Made by a program: the position numbers and the translations under genes. DNA of 64,000 nt from Octopus sinensis (Eukaryota), in assembly GCF_006345805.1 (NCBI RefSeq), contig NC_043007.1:62062001-62126000 (forward strand). The letters are read 5' to 3'. This document shows positions 59,780-64,000 of the stretch, one piece after another; position 1 is the stretch's first letter, and every line of letters starts with the position of its first letter. The notes beneath the pieces were generated by a model, which was given only the letters and a program-made list of their open reading frames with translations, was not told where the DNA came from and did no database searches.

Positions 59780-60490
59780 CAAGAGTTGTAATGTTTGTTT
59801 CCTTCCCAATAGCATTAACAATTATCAATGACCTTTAGGAACACCATATTTCGTTATGCATCCATAACACACTCCCGCTGTGTTAGCATTGCTATTACAT
59901 CACTCATTAAGGTTATTTCTACAGATTTTCTATGGAAATTATAGCCAGCACTGATTTTGTTATGACGCTTCGTATCCGAGACACTTGATGTATCAATTAT
60001 GAGGTCAAAGATGAAAAATTGGTAACAGGCGTATATATGCCATATTTCTGGAGTTTTTGCTCCTTCATCACCACCCATCCAACCCATTAATCCTCCACAA
60101 ACACATTGCTTAAATAACCACTAAATATAGCGGTGTAACATTATTGGATATTCCACTTTTAACTATTAAGCACATTCTGGGAAGCTGCTTCGATTTCATA
60201 GTTGTTTACATAAGGCATCTCAGATACGAAACGTTGTAAGAAAATCAGTGCTGGCTATAATTGCTATAGAAAACCTGTAGAGATAACCTTAACATTAACA
60301 ATGTAGTGGAATCGAAACTGCGTTGAAGAGTTGGTTTGCTGGAGCTTATTTTTTCCCACTGAAGAGTGACCACCTCTCTTTCTTACCACCCTCTCAATGT
60401 CTGCTACAATAAAGTTGGTGGTATTTTTCTCTCTCGAGATTAGTCATTGGTCTTTTGCCACCGACACATACATATTGTCTGGTATACACC

Positions 60491-60858
60491 CTTTTACTTG
60501 TTTCAGTCATTTGACTGTGGCCATGCTGGAGCACCGCCTTTAGTCGAGCAAATCGACCCCAGGACTTATTCTTTGTAAGCCTAGTACTTATTCTATCGGT
60601 CTCTTTTGCCGAACCGCTAAGTTACGGCGACGTAAACACACCAGCATCTGTTATCAAGCGATGTTGGGGGAACAAACACAGACACATAAACATATACACA
60701 CATATATATACATGTATACGACGGGCTTCTTTCAGTTTCCATTTACCAAATCCACTCACAAGGCTTTGGTCGACCCGAGGATATAGTAGAAGACACTTGC
60801 CCAAGGTGACACGCAGTGGGACTGAACCCGGAACCATGTGGTTGGTAAACAAGCTACT
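60491..60858 (-). mobile_element. tRNA-derived SINE
   Basis: Reverse complement of the 47471 family. Confidence 0.85.
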
Positions 60859-61399
60859 TTATTTCATGAAAAATCGCCATTAAAGCCACTCCTACACCTA
60901 TTTACTATATTCACTATAGTTAAATAGAAAAAAGAGATACATAGAGTTACGTTTGTCAAATCAATAGGATGAGCTAGTATTCCTTACCAATACAAAACAC
61001 GCAATGACCCAGTTCACCAATCTATAAATAAGTATCATAGGATTTTTTGTGAGGATGAGACACTATAAAAATAATTTGTGTTTTGTTAATTTTCAGGGCT
61101 GAGCTCAATAACCTGTGGATATAACAGAGATCAATAGGTTCAATAGAATCAATGTGTAGTGGCTTCATGCAGGCATGGTGTGGATTCGATCCTTGGTTGC
61201 CAAATTTCACTTAACACTTCCACAGCACTTTTCTCAAAGTAAAGCAATAGCTTTTCTGTGAGTGACAGCAGTTACTTTACCAGACGCTTTAGCTAAGCAG
61301 AATAATGCCTTTGCTATTTTACCCTTCTAACCTCTTTTATTTCACTAAAAGTTAGAATGGAGATAACAGACCTCCAATGAAATCCATTGTTCTCAACAA

Positions 61400-62090
61400 A
61401 ATGTCTCTTTTTCTCGCTATCTTGCGATAATTATAAATACAAGAATTTGGTAATCCAAAATCAGCTAGTGAGACAACTAGAGTCATAGCCTCAAGCAGGC
61501 AGCCACTAAAGACACACGGCGAGAGGGAGAAAGAAGGTTACAATCAGTCAACTAAGAGACACAACTTACCTTGACTCTATAACTCTCACTAGCTCAATTT
61601 TTTTTCTCTTACATCATTCTATCACTATCAATGGTTTACTGCTACGAGAATGTGTACGCATATACCAGCCGAATTAATTCTTTTTACCTCGCATACTTTT
61701 CCATTTACTAATTATACATACCAACCCGTCGTTGTTTTGTGTATATACAAAGTAACGGTAAATTAATATTTCTTTATAAATTCAATCATTGTTCTTCGTT
61801 CATCTTATACATCTGCAACAGTAACACTTGTTACAATCGCTAACTGCCAATAACCAACATATATCATAATACAAACCGTTACATTGGTGACCTCAATTCC
61901 ACCTTAACCATTACCGTTACAAATATTTTGTCATTGATTCTAAAAGAATAGAACTTTTTAGAGATATATTTAAGAGCCAATGGTTTAGAGGACGTGCTAC
62001 TTCGCTAAAAACTCATCAAATGGTCTACAGAAAGTTTCAACTCAGTATATGAGCTATTACCCCAATTCTTTATACACCCTGGAAAAATGT
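61400..62090 (+). mobile_element. Possible LTR-retroelement relic (LTR end, PBS, gag start)
   Basis: ...CCGTTACA-TTGGTGACC at ~61877-61893 (LTR end + PBS-like) followed by a broken gag-like frame FLEIYLRANGLEDVLLR*KLIKW. Confidence 0.4.
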
Positions 62091-62359
62091 GTTTCTCTTT
62101 ATTGCAATACTACTAGAAAATTGTGTTTGGGGAGCAGTTTTGATTCCAAATTGAACTCATGTTTCGTAATACTTTTTCTTTCATTTTTGTTGAAACACAG
62201 TGTTTCTAGTTTTTTTTTTTTTTTGTTTTGTTTTTTTCACATCTGAAATATGGCTCAAACAAAACAAAAGACCCAACTTTCAACAATGCACATTATCTTT
62301 TTATCGACTTAATGGGGTGGATGGGAAAAAACAACAACATAAAACAATGAAATACTTAC

Positions 62360-62516
62360 AGTAAAAGTGATGCTGGAGCAATGCAGCAGATGGCCACGAC
62401 CACAAAGACAAATCCTTTCATCCAGAGTAAAGTGTGAGCATAAATAGAGTTTAACATCAAAGAACTGGTCATTCCACAAATAGCTTCTACTGTTCCAAGA
62501 CCCGCAAAAACTGAAC
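62360..62516 (-). CDS. SLC46-family (PCFT/SLC46A3-like) MFS transporter, penultimate exon (157 bp); upstream exons not found in the window
   Basis: atgtgcag|GT TCA GTT...TTA CT|gtaagt; (G)SVFAGLGTVEAICGMTSSLMLNSIYAHTLLWMKGFVFVVVAICCIAPASLL, cf. PCFT QGALFSAVACVNSL...[23 protein letters not shown]. Confidence 0.85.
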
Positions 62517-63816
62517 CTGCACATTTGATGGAAGGAGATAAAAACGGCAGAATAAATTACCAGAGGAATCAATGAATGAAAGAATAAATGTTTCTTATAA
62601 GGGCTCAAGGCTAGAAATTTGGTAGGGGAAAAAATTCAGATGATTATATCAATCCCAGCATTTGTCTGGCTGGTACTTTAGGAAAAGTAAAATTGCCTTG
62701 GCAAAATTTGAACTAGGAACATAAAGAGCCGGAACAAATGCCTCAAGGCATTTTTCCTCGATGTTCTAACAATTCTGCCAGTTCAACACCCTTATCAAGA
62801 AATATAGGTTTTAATTTAGGTCAGCAATTTTGAGGGGAGAGGGGGGATGGTCGATTACATCATCTCTAATGTATGATTGATATTTTATTTCATTGATTCC
62901 AGAGGGATGACAGACAAAGTTAACCTCAACCGGATTTGAGCACAGAAGGAATATATTAATGGTCTTAAAGTTTGACACAAGACCATCAATTTTAGGGAGA
63001 GGAGAAGAGTTAGTCAGTTACTTCGAATGTTCCATTGGTATGCATTTTATTGACCTTTGTGCTACCTCCAAAAGGATAAATTAAGGTTAGAAGAAGTAAC
63101 TTGTCTTTTTACTCCTAAATCTAGTGGTTCTTAGGGTTGTTTCATTTGGTGGCACTCTGGGTATTAAATAAAAATAAATAAATTATTATTGACCAATAAT
63201 TGTTGGCCATGGAAAGTTTTAAATGGAAGCTAAGATAATAAATAAAATAAAACAGAAAAACTATTGCTTACCTTGTTTAATAAATCACAATTGTGTGTAA
63301 GACAATCTATATTGATTTCAAATTTTGGCACAAGGCCAGCAATTTTGGGGAGAGGGGCAAGTCGATTACATTGATCCCCAATACTTAACTGGTACTTATT
63401 TTATTGACCCTGAAAGGATGAAAGGCAAAGTCGTCCTCAGCGGAACTTGAACTCAAAACATAAAGACGGACGAAATGCTGCCTAGCATTTTGTCCTGTAC
63501 GCTAATGATTCAGCCAGCTCGTTGCCTTCTAGATACATTGGATAATGTAGTCCGTAGAATCCAACTCCGCAAAAAAAATAAAAAGAAAAGGAAAAATAGA
63601 TTTGAATTCTTTGGTCATAACTTTGATCTATTAGGGCTACCTGAAGTTAACAACATCGGACATGTGCAGCAGGCAGTTGAGCATATAAGTGTCACGAAGA
63701 AATAATGTTTACAGCTAACAACAATTAGCAATGGTTTTTTTAATCGATTAGAGCAGTAGTTCCCAACCTGGGGTCCACAAAGTTAGTACACAAAGGGTTT
63801 GTGAACTAAATTCAAA

Positions 63817-63889
<73 letters not shown>

Positions 63890-64000
63890 TGCCCACACGG
63901 GCTAAACATAGAGGGGACAAACAAAGACAGACAAAGGGATTAAGTCGATTACATCGACCCCAGTGTTTAACTGGTACTTATTTAATCGTCCCCGAAAGGA

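Noticed and set aside
63272-63306. Donor AAACAAG|GTAAG as the preceding SLC46 exon (KQG)
   Set aside because: The required phase-1 frame has TGA four codons upstream.

Overview
AT-rich, microsatellite- and SINE-dense animal genomic DNA; the SINE/RTE/mariner/Helitron families look like those of octopus (inferred, not proven). Two spliced host genes lie on the minus strand. (1) The 5' part of an ABCD4 gene (lysosomal cobalamin ABC half-transporter): six coding exons reconstructed by hand, all GT-AG and phase-compatible (44161-44189, 21501-21619, 14666-14793, 11009-11148, 8387-8503, 2316-2441), with a CpG-rich promoter near 43.6-44.7 kb and a candidate alternative ATG exon at 28992-29044. (2) The last two exons of an SLC46-family MFS transporter (62360-62516, 59032-59242). 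Between them is a single-ORF Ty3/Gypsy element (gag-pol 48437-52387; LTR 236 bp; TSD CTCTA) with an abnormal 5' end: LTR + 208 bp of duplicated downstream host flank + a 20-bp mini-LTR before the PBS, and an Asp->Gly change at the first catalytic RT aspartate. The introns contain RTE, CR1-like, HERO-like, Penelope-like (hammerhead relics), Helitron, pogo/Tigger, Tc1/mariner and piggyBac-like elements, MITEs with telomere-like cores, and several local foldbacks. No CRISPR arrays, rRNA genes or intact tRNA genes were seen. All calls were made by eye without database searches; boundaries of degraded elements are approximate.
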